Shown: positions 47,190 to 59,060 of the stretch, piece after piece | Numbering within the stretch: position 1 is the first letter of the stretch | How the letters are laid out: the number at the start of each line of letters is the position of its first letter | Assembly: GCF_000143415.4 (NCBI RefSeq) | Contig: NW_003314276.1 | Location: 1,137,434-1,201,433, forward strand | From: Selaginella moellendorffii | Taxonomy: Eukaryota; Plantae; Lycopodiophyta | DNA: 64,000 nucleotides | Direction of reading: 5' to 3' | Notes under the pieces: generated by a model | Told to the model about the DNA's origin: nothing | The model's database searches: none | The model's input: the letters and a program-made list of their open reading frames with translations, nothing else | Position numbers and translations under genes: made by a program

Positions 47190-48065
47190 ATGTCTATGAA
47201 GCTTTTACTATTTATTTTATTACTAGTAATTCCATTGATTACTACTCAAAATGTACGTAATAGTGCTCTTTATAAGTTTCACTCAAATAGCTATATCCGT
47301 TCAATTCTAGGATTTATTAAAATTTGTATTGAGGACATTAATAGCAATAGAATCTTGGGAGATACTTGGAGTTATACAGTAGATAATGTTCCTAATACTG
47401 TTATAAGATTTCGTACATCTGAAGAGTCTAATGCTGAGTTCCAATCTTGTGCTATTGAACCTAATACTTTTGTTGAAGTGTCTGCATCACAGCTTATTAA
47501 TAGGTTTGAAACATTATTTGGCATGTTGAAAATGTATGCCCGCCTTGGGGCTTATGGCCGTCTTACAGTAGTTTCAGAAAATTATGAACTTGAATATATT
47601 AGTACGGGTCCTGCTAATAGAGATCCTAATGAACCATTTCCATCAGTTAATAATATAAAACTTCATCAGGATTTAGATTTTAATAATTGTTGGCCTTATG
47701 AGTATAAACTCATTAGTGGTCCAGCCAAATCTTTTGGTAGCTATCTTCTTGCTGGAAATAGTTTGATATCACAAAATAGGATGTATCGCCTCACCATGCA
47801 AGATGATTGCAATTTAGTGTTATTTCTTATATCACCTAAAACATTTATATGGTCATCAAAAACTAAGGACAAAGATACAAATTGCTATCTTCAAGTTGAA
47901 TTAAAAGGGAGGTTAGTAATAATAGGAAGTAAAAAAACTATTTATATTGTAAATATATATTGTGTCAATTGTATTATGATGGCAGGAGCAACACTCTTTA
48001 TTTGCAACACAGGCCATGTTTGCATGTATGACACTGATATTAGGAAAGAACAATGGTGTTTTTAA
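47190..48065 (+). CDS. Secreted protein: signal peptide, unknown domain, then bulb-type (GNA-like/B-type) lectin domain
   Basis: 291-aa ORF open in very AT-rich DNA. MKLLLFILLLVIPLI signal peptide. L.AGNSL.S...YRLTMQDDCNLVLF....IWSSKT....CYLQV...GRLVI is a B-lectin pattern. Confidence 0.75.
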   Translation: MSMKLLLFILLLVIPLITTQNVRNSALYKFHSNSYIRSILGFIKICIEDINSNRILGDTWSYTVDNVPNTVIRFRTSEESNAEFQSCAIEPNTFVEVSASQLINRFETLFGMLKMYARLGAYGRLTVVSENYELEYISTGPANRDPNEPFPSVNNIKLHQDLDFNNCWPYEYKLISGPAKSFGSYLLAGNSLISQNRMYRLTMQDDCNLVLFLISPKTFIWSSKTKDKDTNCYLQVELKGRLVIIGSKKTIYIVNIYCVNCIMMAGATLFICNTGHVCMYDTDIRKEQWCF

Positions 48066-49889
48066 TAGATTTTCTTTTTATCTACAAGTGATTTTTAGCT
48101 ATGCTTTCCAACGATGCTACCTACATCTTGCTTGGCTGTTACATTTCCTGTTGCAATACTGTCCAACAATGTTGTGTTTAAAAAGTCCGTCAAGTTTATG
48201 TAATACAAATGATAATTTGTTTTGTTTGCTTGCGATATCACCTTTTCATTTTAATGTTATATATAAGAAATTTAATATTTATACTAACTAGAAATTTTAA
48301 TATTTATACTACGTAGAAACTATTTATGACATGCCTGAGTTTCTCCAAGTATGAGTACAACTGCTTATGATTTCTTTTTTTGAATGTAATTTCCTTCATA
48401 TCAATGATCAATTAATTGGTTGCATGGACTTGGGTCTTTACTCAAAATTTAGTAAATCATCATGTGGAACTAAAATTTATATGGTGGTTAATGAAATTTT
48501 ACTCTATAAGTTTCTTACCAAAAATAATGAAAAAAAATCTACAAGAAAACTAAAGGTTCTACAATCAATTTTGCAACTAATTATCAGCTTAAAGCAGAAA
48601 CATAAATTCCATTATAACAAAAATGACAGAAGTAACAAGGCAACCAAACATACAGAAAAAATAGAAATAAGCATTGGTAGAAAAGTAGAGCATATATATC
48701 ACCAAGAATTTGTAATAAAATGAAAGTAATATATTTAAATTTTAATGCACAAATATAACACTTTGAGATAAGTTCTTTCTAAATGACAAAAAAACCGGAC
48801 TGCTAGATATACTTGGATGAAAGAATTTATTGCTTTCATCCGTGACTCTTTGCAGCCCTTATTATTTCTTTCTTCTGTAGCTTTATTATTCACACTGACC
48901 CAAGATTTGATGTTGACTCACACATTCTTCATTGTGATTGCATTCAAGCAGAGCTATTTGAAAATAATCAGTCAAATATAATAATGAGTTAAACAACACA
49001 TTTGCTTGCTGTGTTAACAACACAGCAAACCTAACCCTAAACTTGCCAAGTGTCTGATCACTGCCAGGTATTGTGCTCAAAGAATATTCATTATCACTGC
49101 CCTAAATTAGCTGGTTATACTAAGGTCTTATTGATGGAGGCTATATACATATCATATTCTAGAAATTACTAGAGTCATTTTTTGTCTCATCCAAATGATC
49201 AAGGTCAATGTGGCTACCAGTCCTGGCCCAGGCCTGGGGTGGCCTCCCCTTCCTGAGAACCATGGCTCCCAAGGCTGTCCCAGGCCTGGGATCAAACTGC
49301 TGCGGGGGCCTAGGCCCTTCGTTCTTAAATCTATACTAGTACTTGGGTGAATATAAAAATTGATTTTATACAATTTTATGGTAGTAAATATGACCCAGCT
49401 AGTAAGAGTTGCTAGATAGAATCATAAGGACAATGACAATGGACTTATCCCTGGTCAGTCAAACCATCTTGGAAAACCATCAAATAGGATAAGACACGTG
49501 CAAAAGCAAATGGATAAGACCCTAGACATAGGATCTGCTGTTGTGTGAGATCATTTGGGCCAGAGAGATGTTGACTTCTGCCAGGGTATCCAGGGGGAGA
49601 GGTCCTTCGTCTCCCAACCATTTATATACCCAATATGGGCACATGCATTTGTGCTGAGTCAGAGAATCTAGGATCAATTTAGTGTGCAAGGAAGTAGATC
49701 ATTCTTCAATGGTCTAAGCTATCATGCTTAGCACATACATTGTGCACCATGAACATCCCTATGCTCAAGTGGTGCAAGCTCCTAGGCCTCCATCTCTAGC
49801 ACCAGGCAGTGCTGGTCCATTGTTATCCATTGGGCCATAGGGAAAGTTAAAAAATAGACAAAGTTTATTAGTAGGAGAGGAGTTAGTTA

Positions 49890-51800
49890 ATATAAAGTTT
49901 CTTTGTATACAATATTGATGGTGAATGTTGATGAATTGAATGGAATTAAGCAGCCTTGTGTATAAGTTGTGTCAACTTAAATTACAAGTTGTTGTGATGA
50001 TGTGCATCTTAAGAGTGCAATATAAAGCTGCCCATGGGTAAAGATTGGCTAGGGTAAGTAGATGCCCACATGATCAAATGTTTGACTTTGGCATTTTGAA
50101 ATTGTCAAGCAATATCCAAGAAGAAGAGGAAATTGTTTTCGAGACATATGAAATGGAATATCTGAATCAAAGGGTGTTAAGTTAATGCATGGGATAAATA
50201 TTCTAGTACCTTTAAATTCACTTGTAATTATTTTACAGTCCAAAATTTTAGGTGAAGTTCTTTTGACCATTAGTCAAGTCCCATTACATAATCCAATTGT
50301 TGGAGACATGTTTCTCAGAAGATGACTATACAACCTTCTTTTAGTATCAATTTGTGTGACTTTATTGATTTTGAACATCTTGAAGATTTCCCAATTGAAT
50401 TTCTGAACTCTATCACTCCCTCTAAGCTACCACCATGTAAATTTGAGATGGACCTAGTAATTGAGAGATGATGTTGTTGTTAATTGGAAATGTATCATCA
50501 TTAAGAGGTGTTAAAATAGCTCTATTTGTTGCAATTTGAAAATTTGAAATGTCTTCAATGCATGGGAATACAAAATTAGTAATAGAGGTAGTTCTAATTA
50601 GTTCTGAAGGAAGAAGGATAGACTCAAGTAATAAAATAGGGTTTTGTGAGTAATTATTTCCATCACTAACTTTTAATAGCCATTCTGCCTAATTTGGGAA
50701 CTTGGGGCTAAACCACATGTTTGTTTGCAATTAAAACTTTTTAAATAGATTCTATGGACTATTCATTCTTACAAATGTGAAAACAATTTGTGCTTAATGA
50801 CTATGTGGGGCAACTAGTAATGTTTAATGGAAGTCACCACTTGTAACAATAACAATGCTACCAAATGGAAAATTATTCTATTTTAAGTCTTTTAGGTAAC
50901 AATCAACAATTGAAAAGGCAAATGTATGAACTATACTAATTTCATCCCAAATAAGCATTTATATTGCTTTCATAGATCTACCAGCATTGCTATTAGGTGT
51001 TAAATTAGAAATAAATGTATTATTAATAAGAACTAGTAACTTAAAAGTTGTATAGGATATTTGTCCATTGTGTAGTGCTTGCAATGCCTATCCATGCTAT
51101 ACAAACCACTTTTTTTATTGTAGAACTCAAAATATTTTACCATTGCATTTAATAAATATGTTTTGCTAGTGCCACTAGGGCCATCAATAAAAATAAATGG
51201 TTGGTATCAGTCGGACACTCTACAATGTTAACAATTTCATTAAATATAGTTAATTGATTAGCATTCAAGTTTTTAATATCATAGTAAATTTCTATATATG
51301 AATGGTTGTAATTTGGTATTGATTGAATAGAGGTATCTAAAGTTGGGATAAGTAAGTTATATGATTAGTTTTTTTTATCATATATTTTTATTTTTGAGTT
51401 AATGTCTATTAGAGCAAGTTTATATTGGCATACAATATTTATTCTACCAAAATCTTGAGAGAGCTGATCCTTAAAAACATCCCAAAGATATGGTGGGTCT
51501 TATGGATTGCAAAAATACATATGAAAGTAAAGAGTTAACACAATTTTGTAGGTAATTGGAAATTGCATGCTTCTTGTAAATAGTTATACCACTCATTATC
51601 ATCATCAAGAAGACCAATAGCAATAACAACTTGTTGAAAGCTTTGGTAAGTTATATCATTAATTGTTTTAATATTGTCGAAGGATGTGATACTTTTTTTA
51701 TGAAGAAGAATAACACGTAAGTGGTACAACTCGGTATTTAAAGGAGATATTAAGTATAGTCGAGGAATAACCTTTTTCTTTTTCTGATATTGCCATACAT
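49890..51800 (-). mobile_element. Degenerate Helitron Pif1-like helicase region
   Basis: Remnants: LFFIDGPSGTSKT (Walker A), LIWDEIS, LCNGT, RKQFPLLLGYCLTISKCQSQTFDHVGIYL, THGQLYIAL, NIVYKE and YHLRVILLH. Many stops. Confidence 0.85.
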
Positions 51801-51801
51801 T

Positions 51802-54000
51802 TGTGAAACATTAAGAATTCACTTTAAGTTATTGAAGAACACAAATTTTGATAATGAGAAATCATAGTTATAAACTCAAGAATCTAGAAAAAAATTTCAC
51901 TTACTTCTATGTTATGAATGTGACTTCAGGTATTGAAAGCTACCTGTCGACTAGTTTTTACAAACACTCTTTGCTTACTGCTACGACGGTAGGAAGTTGG
52001 TATTGCTAGTTCCCTTTATCAACCCCTCTTGTTCAAGTGTTAGTTTACTAGGCTTAGCACCTATACTTAGCTAGATGGATATAAAGTAAGAACTCCTATG
52101 TATTTCTAACTAAGCATATTTGGCCTGGCTCTTAGTTCTCTTTTGCTTTGTCTTACACTAGCTTGACAAGAACCCTTGCATATTGAGACTACTCCCTTAA
52201 TATCACTAGATGGTAGTTTACCGTATCTGCCAAATACCCTCGCTATTCGAACTTGTCCCAGAGACTAACTCCTGATACTAAAGGAAGCTTGGGGTGAAAG
52301 CCCAAAACGTGTGTTCCTCAAGGGGGTGAGGGTGGGGGGGATGTGGGGGGTTTCATTCCAAATGTATAGTAGGGATAGTGGGTAGGTCCTTACGTGCTTG
52401 TTCTTGTTCTGTGTCCGGCTTGGGTTTAAGCTCAAGTTCCATTCCATGCTAGCTGGTGGAATACCTATATCCTTGCGTTAGGCCACCGGTATGCCGAAAT
52501 AACGCCAGATTTTGTTTGGCTCCATTTTGCATGCTAGTCCTGGCATTAGGATGCTAGATACTCTAGGATTATTCCAAGTCATTCTGTGCTCATGTCCCTT
52601 CACTTCTTGGGCTCGGGAGTCATTCCGTGCTCTAGTGTCATTGCTTCTTGGCTGGATACTTGGAAGTTTAGCACCGTTCCTTCAATCAGTGGCCCAAGGC
52701 CCTGAAATTTAGGTTCCACACCATTGTCCCTCAAACATGTGGCATGTGGCACATAGCATGTGACACATGGCACATGGAAGGTTTAGGTTCCACTTCTATA
52801 GTTATCCTATGGTAAATCACTATAGGATAAAGGGTAAAAACCACATATGCTACATTTGGTATCAGAGGATGAGTTTTGGCGAGTACTATCCAATGAGATT
52901 GGGCAACTAGTCTCGTTGCATACATAAAGATGAAAATGATGATCTGAGTGGTTACATGTTTAGGTGCAAAGGCTTCACATTCGTTCCCTAGGTATGGATT
53001 TTGGTTACCATTTTGTACTGTAATAATGTGAGCTTGCTCTTGGGCTCATAAGAGGGATTGAGTTGTTCCATTTTGCACAATTTTACACTTGGGCTTGTGA
53101 GAGAGGCACATTAACAACTCAAGGTTACACTTTGAGTTGGCAGGATTAATATTAGCCTATTGATGGTTCCATGAGTAGTTCTTTATACCATGAGAAAAAA
53201 TAAATCTTCCCTGGGTTTGCTATGACTGACAAATAGGCTAGTTTGTAGCTGTTTAGCACGGTACTAGTGGATCTTTCCTAGGCATGATTATAAGTGGATC
53301 AATTAAGACTGTAGGGGTTAGTCTATTGGTTCAAGTAGTCATTGCCATGTTCTCTCATAAACTTTTCTTGGATTGGACTGATGGTAGTGCGAATGCAAGT
53401 TTGAGGTTTTGTCAAAGATGAGACCGAAAAAAGAGTTGTCAAGGATGAATGATCAAACACGTAAATCATCTTTTCTTCTTGAAGAGATGATTTGTAACGA
53501 GGTGTGACTCATTGCTCGTGTTCACAATATGCAATCAAGAGTCTCTACCTTGATGCATGTTGAAAATGATAGTCTTACAAATAGTGAGTTATGGGATGGA
53601 TAATGGTGAAGCACTAAGCCATTTTGTCTAAGCTTGTTATTGAAAACTTGGGTTGCAATGCTTAATTCTTTTCCGGGGAACTTTGCTATTACTCCTTGAG
53701 TAGCTTGGTGTTGGATTAGTTTTGAGTTTAATTGAAAAGAGAGTGACATGAGTTTATCTATGTTGTGAATAAAAGTTAGTGGTGTTAAGTGTTATAAATC
53801 TTTATTAGTGGGGTATGGCATTTATGTTGCATTTTGTCGAATAGAATTAGCATTTGATACTCACATAAACCTTTGAAGTAATGACATGGGTGTTGCTCAT
53901 AGTGTTGTTTGATTGATAATCAAGTTATTGTGATACTTATATCATATTTATGTCATAATAAGTAATCACCTTAGAGGTGATTTGGAGCAACCAAGACTTG
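51802..54000 (+). mobile_element. Truncated LTR retroelement: LTR about 51802-52854 plus PBS and decayed internal sequence
   Basis: TG at 51802 where the Helitron homology ends. ...TACA at 52854 is followed by TGGTATCAGAG (tRNA-iMet PBS) at 52857. No second LTR seen; right boundary approximate. Confidence 0.55.
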
Positions 54001-54787
54001 AAAAAGTTCCCAACTTTCTAGATTCTCTCTAGAAGACCACACACAGTGTCTCACTTGGAAGATGATTGGGAAAGGACAATTTTTGGATCTAGTGGTAGGA
54101 ATTGCTACCACAATTGGGGCTATCAGCCAATATGGTTAATTTAGTATTACACATGTAGGGGATCTATACGTCTTTTCTCCAATGCTTATTTTGGAGTTTA
54201 CTTCCTTAAGAGGAGGTTCATGCCCTTTCTCTAGTCCTTATTATAGGGCTAAGACTCATTCAAAGATGAGTTAATGCACATGTCTTGTGTGGGAGGCAAG
54301 GTAGCACACTCTAGCTTTGCATTGGAGGATGTTCACACCTTGCATAGAGCTACGAATTGGAGATTCGTCGCAATTAGACACTATTTTAGCATCAGAAGCA
54401 TGTTAGTGGTGGAGTGCTCCATGGCAAGTCTCATATGTCATGGAGCGTAGCAGGTGGCTTCAAGTTTCATCACTTGGGAAGTGGACGGCCTAAGAGTAGT
54501 GCTGGGCACTTGTGCTCGTGGGAGTTTCTTCAGACAAGTTTGTCTTCCTCAACAAGAAGAGGCAATTGTTGAGAGAGAGGCAGCAACAGGGGCCTTTATG
54601 GCAGTGCTCAAGGCATGCATTGGCACGAGAGTGGTGATCAGTTGCCACCCAATGCTAGAGATGGAGGCCTAAGAGCAATAGGGTTTGCATGTTGAGTCTA
54701 TTGTGCTGCATATGCTGTCCTATCTATTCTATTTTCCAGCTTTTTGAGTAAGGTGGATATAACTTTACTCCATTATTTTTTTTGGTA

Positions 54788-55692
54788 GATGGATTGCTCA
54801 GACCTCACCAGCTCCTCTACTGCGTGTTCCTTGATGCTGCTGGAGGAAGAAGACATGGCATTTTTGGGAGAGAGACCCATGCACCACCTATGGCATTTAA
54901 AACACAAGCCCTTCTAGAAACAAGAGGTTGCAGAGAGACCCATATATATATGAAGATTGTATTTACAAGCCAGGAAATCTAGCAATCCCTATAAGTTACA
55001 TCAAGACCACTCCATCATCACCACCATCTTTGGCTTGAGCACTCTACATGAACTTTTTGCTCTACGTTGGGCCTTGGGAAGCCTTTGGTCTACAAACTCC
55101 AGAAGCCGCCAAGTGGAAGCAACTCAGGTCAGAACAGCAGGTTGAGAAGATCACCACCACCACCACTACTTCAAGAAACAAGCAGTTTCTCAGGTTTTTT
55201 CTGGGGCCTCACATCAAAGAAACTCTGGCGGACAGGAAGAATTGACTCAAGAACCAGCTCACTCTGCTGACGAAAGCTGCAGCTCTCAGGACACTAGAGT
55301 CACTTTTTGGAAGTGGTGACATCCAAGTGAGCTCAAGAGCTTTGCTGCATGGCTACCTCTTCTATGAGCCTGCGCTGTGGAAGTTCCTATGCACAATGAG
55401 CAGTGACTTTCAAGGCAGCGCATATAGAGACTCAACCATGAACTCTAGGCACTGGAAAGGCTGGTGGATGGACGTGGAAGGATTCCAAACTTTTGCGTCC
55501 ACTCCAGAGCGTGTGACGAGCAAGTGGTATATCACTCCAAAGATGGAGTGGCTTTCTCCGGTGGTGATCCATGAAGACGAGGAGAGCTTTCTTCACGGCA
55601 CACTCAGTGGTGATGGACTGGTGGATATGGCTGCCAAAGTTGCTGAGGAAGCAAGCAGGATGGACAGGGACAGGATGAGACTCATATGGTGA
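54788..55692 (+). pseudogene. Disrupted gene resembling the C-terminal half of DUF1853-like proteins
   Basis: NFLLYVGP...FFLGPHIKETLADRKN*LKNQLTL...SRALLHGYLFY...WKGWW...WLSP, with in-frame stops. The family match is from memory of the motif order only. Confidence 0.35.
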
Positions 55693-56599
55693 TGGAGATT
55701 TGTCTTCAAAGCGATGAGTGTCACTGGATTTGGAGTGAGATGAGCAGGGGTTTTATCGTCGAGGATTCCTGGCTGGATACCAAAATTTACAGTCCTCACG
55801 ACTTCGTTATGTCTTGGGGTCCATGAAGCTAGAAGAGTGGAAATCCGCTACTCCATGTTCACAAGAGCTTGGAAGATTTCCGATGGTTGGAGATGATCAT
55901 GAGAGTTTGGAAGTTTTCCAAAGATCACAAGAGCTTTGAAGTTTCCTTTTTGCTGCTGGATGATTTGATCAACCAAGAACTCTCTATTTTTACAGTTTGA
56001 CCAGCAAAGCTTTTGATCTTTGGGAAAGATTCCACTGGCTGAAATGCACTGAAAAAGTCCTTATTATAATGTAATGTGGGAGCAATGATGAGCTGGATCC
56101 AATGGCCAGCGAGGCTCCGCATTCCCACCATTTATACCAGGGCTAGGGTTTTCTTCTCTTAGGCTGGCATGCGATGGGATACATCAATTGGCTCTTTTGG
56201 CAACACTCGATTGCATTCAAAAGGTCAGTCTTTATGCCCATCTGTATCCCTCAGTAAAAATCTTTTGTTTTCTATCTGCCCTAATAATTGATCATCTCCA
56301 TTTCCAAAAGAAACTGTTGAAATTAATGTCACACCTTCGACATGTATTGAATGCTATTCAACACAGACATACACATTCCACCTACAATAATAACATTGAA
56401 AACACTAACCAGCACCAACATACAGATAGACTTTACAACAGTAATATTCAAGAGGCTATGGAGTATCGACATCAAACAAATCTTAATAATTCCTCATTGA
56501 GTATTAATCACATTGAACAGCAGTCAATTTCCAATTCCCATTTGCCCCCTTCACCTCAGATTTGCAGCACACTTGCTAGCAATTACCTATATAAGGATA

Positions 56600-59060
56600 C
56601 ATCTATTTTGACAATGAATATAGGTCCTCTATCATATATTTGTAAGTATTGTCATGCCTCACACTTTGCCAATGAGAACAAGTCTATTTGTTGTTAGAGT
56701 GGATAGGTCTACATGCCTCCAATACTTCCATTGCCACCTTTTCTGTATTCTCACATAAACACTCTAATTTCAAAAGCAATATAAGACAATATAATAGTGC
56801 ACTTGTTTTCACATCTACAGGAGCTAATATTGATACTTTTACAGGTCATGGTCCATATTACTATTGAATTCATGGATAAATCTATCACAAAATTATGCCA
56901 TAACATCCTTCAATACATCAAAATCCAAGTTACAGTCAATAGTACATGCTAGACTCTAATGAGGCTATTGATATCAGAAAACAAATCCCTTTTAACATTA
57001 ACTGTGATTATAATTTATTGCTTCAACTAGATATAATACTTTGACATATTAATCCATATGCACAAGCTTCTAGAATGGTGTATGAATTGGAACAAGAAAA
57101 TATTTCAAGAACTATTATTTCTAGTAGCATTTTATGTAGAGTATATATGCTCATTAAAAATGAAGGCACAGAACATCGTCGATATACTACTCCATAAATT
57201 AATGATGTTGTAACAGTTTTCCAAAGTGAAGATGGGGTGCTACCTTTTGACTATGAAATGTGCATTCGTCCAAAATCATCAAAACCACAACATATATCTA
57301 TTTTAAATACTAATTGTGATCTTATAGTTTACCTATTTCTTTTTCCATTTTCCACATGGAGATAGAGCATAGCATGCCAAACTTTCTTTTAACAAACATA
57401 TAACACTCCTTCAATATTATGCTTATCGTTTGTCTAAAAGAGATTCAACATTACCAACTTCTATAGTTACATATGACCAAATTTTACATGCTGACAAACT
57501 CACCCAACAATATATTGTAGATGCCTATGTTAAAATTGAAAGCAACAATTTATAATATTATAGATCTAATCAAAAAAATCTGAGAGTTGATTTTTACACA
57601 AGTTTGATGGATTATGTTGCTTGCAAAGCTATTGATGCAAATGCTCAACCAGGAAAAACTATTATTTTACCTTTTACATTTACAAGAAGCCCAAGAGCTA
57701 TGCAACAAAATTACTAAGATGCTATGATCATTGTAACAAAATATTGAAAACTTATAACTTTCACTTGCAACCCTAAATAGCTTGAGATATTACAAAATTT
57801 GCACCCTAATGAAGGACCTGATTTAATTACTAGGGTTTTTAACATAAAGCTAAAATATTTTCTTTATGATATTACAAAAAAATTATTGAGCAGATACATA
57901 TTAATCAATAGTGTCACGGTCTTTAATTTTACTTTCATTGTCTAATATGCTTAGGAAATGATAATGTGGCAATCCTCTTTTATGGAATTTAATGATATAT
58001 ATAAATGCAATACATCTTCCAAAGATCGCATCCACGATTCGAGTGTAAGCAGCAATCATTGTGTTGAGTGAGATTTCATCCCTGCAAGGCATCGAATTGT
58101 AGAATTTTGTTGCGGCCTTGAAATCCTATCGATCTAACAAAGCTTTCAACCGGAGATTACAAGAGAAAGAATCCCACTGTGGCATTCTATCAAGAATCCC
58201 TTCGAAAGCCCCGAAATCCCTGACGGCAGCAAAAGCTCCAAGGAGAGAATTCCACAATACAACATCTCTTGTTGGCATTTTCTCGAAGAAATCTGCTGCC
58301 TCATAGGTGCTGGAGTTCTTGGCAATCACGGCCAGGAGATTGTTCCAAGAGAATAGATTGGGGCTGGCGATTCCATCAAACACCAACCTCGCATCATCCA
58401 AACTCCCACAGCTCCCAAACATCTGAATCATCTGATTACATAGGCAAGTTTCATGCCGCAGACCGATCGGCAAAACACTTGCATGGATTTCTCTCGCGAG
58501 TGCATCTGACCCTTTATTAGAGCCCAAACTATTTGAACTAATCATGATACATGGTTCATATGGACTACTAAATCCTTAAAGTCCATGCATGGAAAACAAA
58601 AAATGCTCCAAAAACTATTCCAAAAACTTCAATGATGAATTGTGTGGATGGGTACTTAGACTATTTTATGCCAAACAATGGTTGCACATTCCCTAAAAAT
58701 GATGTTCCAATTGATAACAGATGGATTGTCCTATATAATAAATATTTATGTAAAAAATACAAAACCTATATAAATTTAGAAATATGTGCACCAATTAAAA
58801 GTATTAAGTATCTATTTCAATATGTTTGTAAAGGATATGATTGTGCAACCATTAAAATCCAAACAACTACTCAGCATGAAAATGTACTAAATTGGGATGA
58901 AATCACAAATTTTATAAATACATTTACCTATATATCTTCTTGACTTCCAAAATATATATTTTACATAAGGTTTGGAGCACAATGCCTTGCAAAGAGCAAC
59001 ACATAATGGAACAATGCTAACAAAGTGGTTCGAGTTCAATATTCATAATCCAAATGCAAG
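56600..59060 (+). mobile_element. Degenerate Helitron Rep domain region
   Basis: ICKYCHASHFANE, NIRQYNSALVFTS, QQYIVDAYVKIE, ILPFTFTRSPRAMQQNY.DAM, ITFTCNP, MIHGSYG..NP.SPCM, DNRWIVLYN and SIKYLFQYVCKGYD. The HUH motif KRGLPHYH lies on the opposite strand. Confidence 0.88.
58030..58503 (-). pseudogene. PPR (PLS-type) gene fragment embedded in the Helitron
   Basis: EIHASV..CNQMIQMFGSCGSLDDARLVFDGIASPNLFSWNNLLA..FFEKMPTRDVVLWNSLL. GC-richer than the flanks; truncated and disrupted. Confidence 0.85.

Noticed and set aside
48367-48723. 118-aa ORF downstream of the lectin gene
   Set aside because: Low-complexity AT-rich translation with no motif.
49795-49840. Helitron 3' hairpin plus CTAG
   Set aside because: A weak hairpin and CTAG are present, but the next base on that strand is not the expected T; not supportable.
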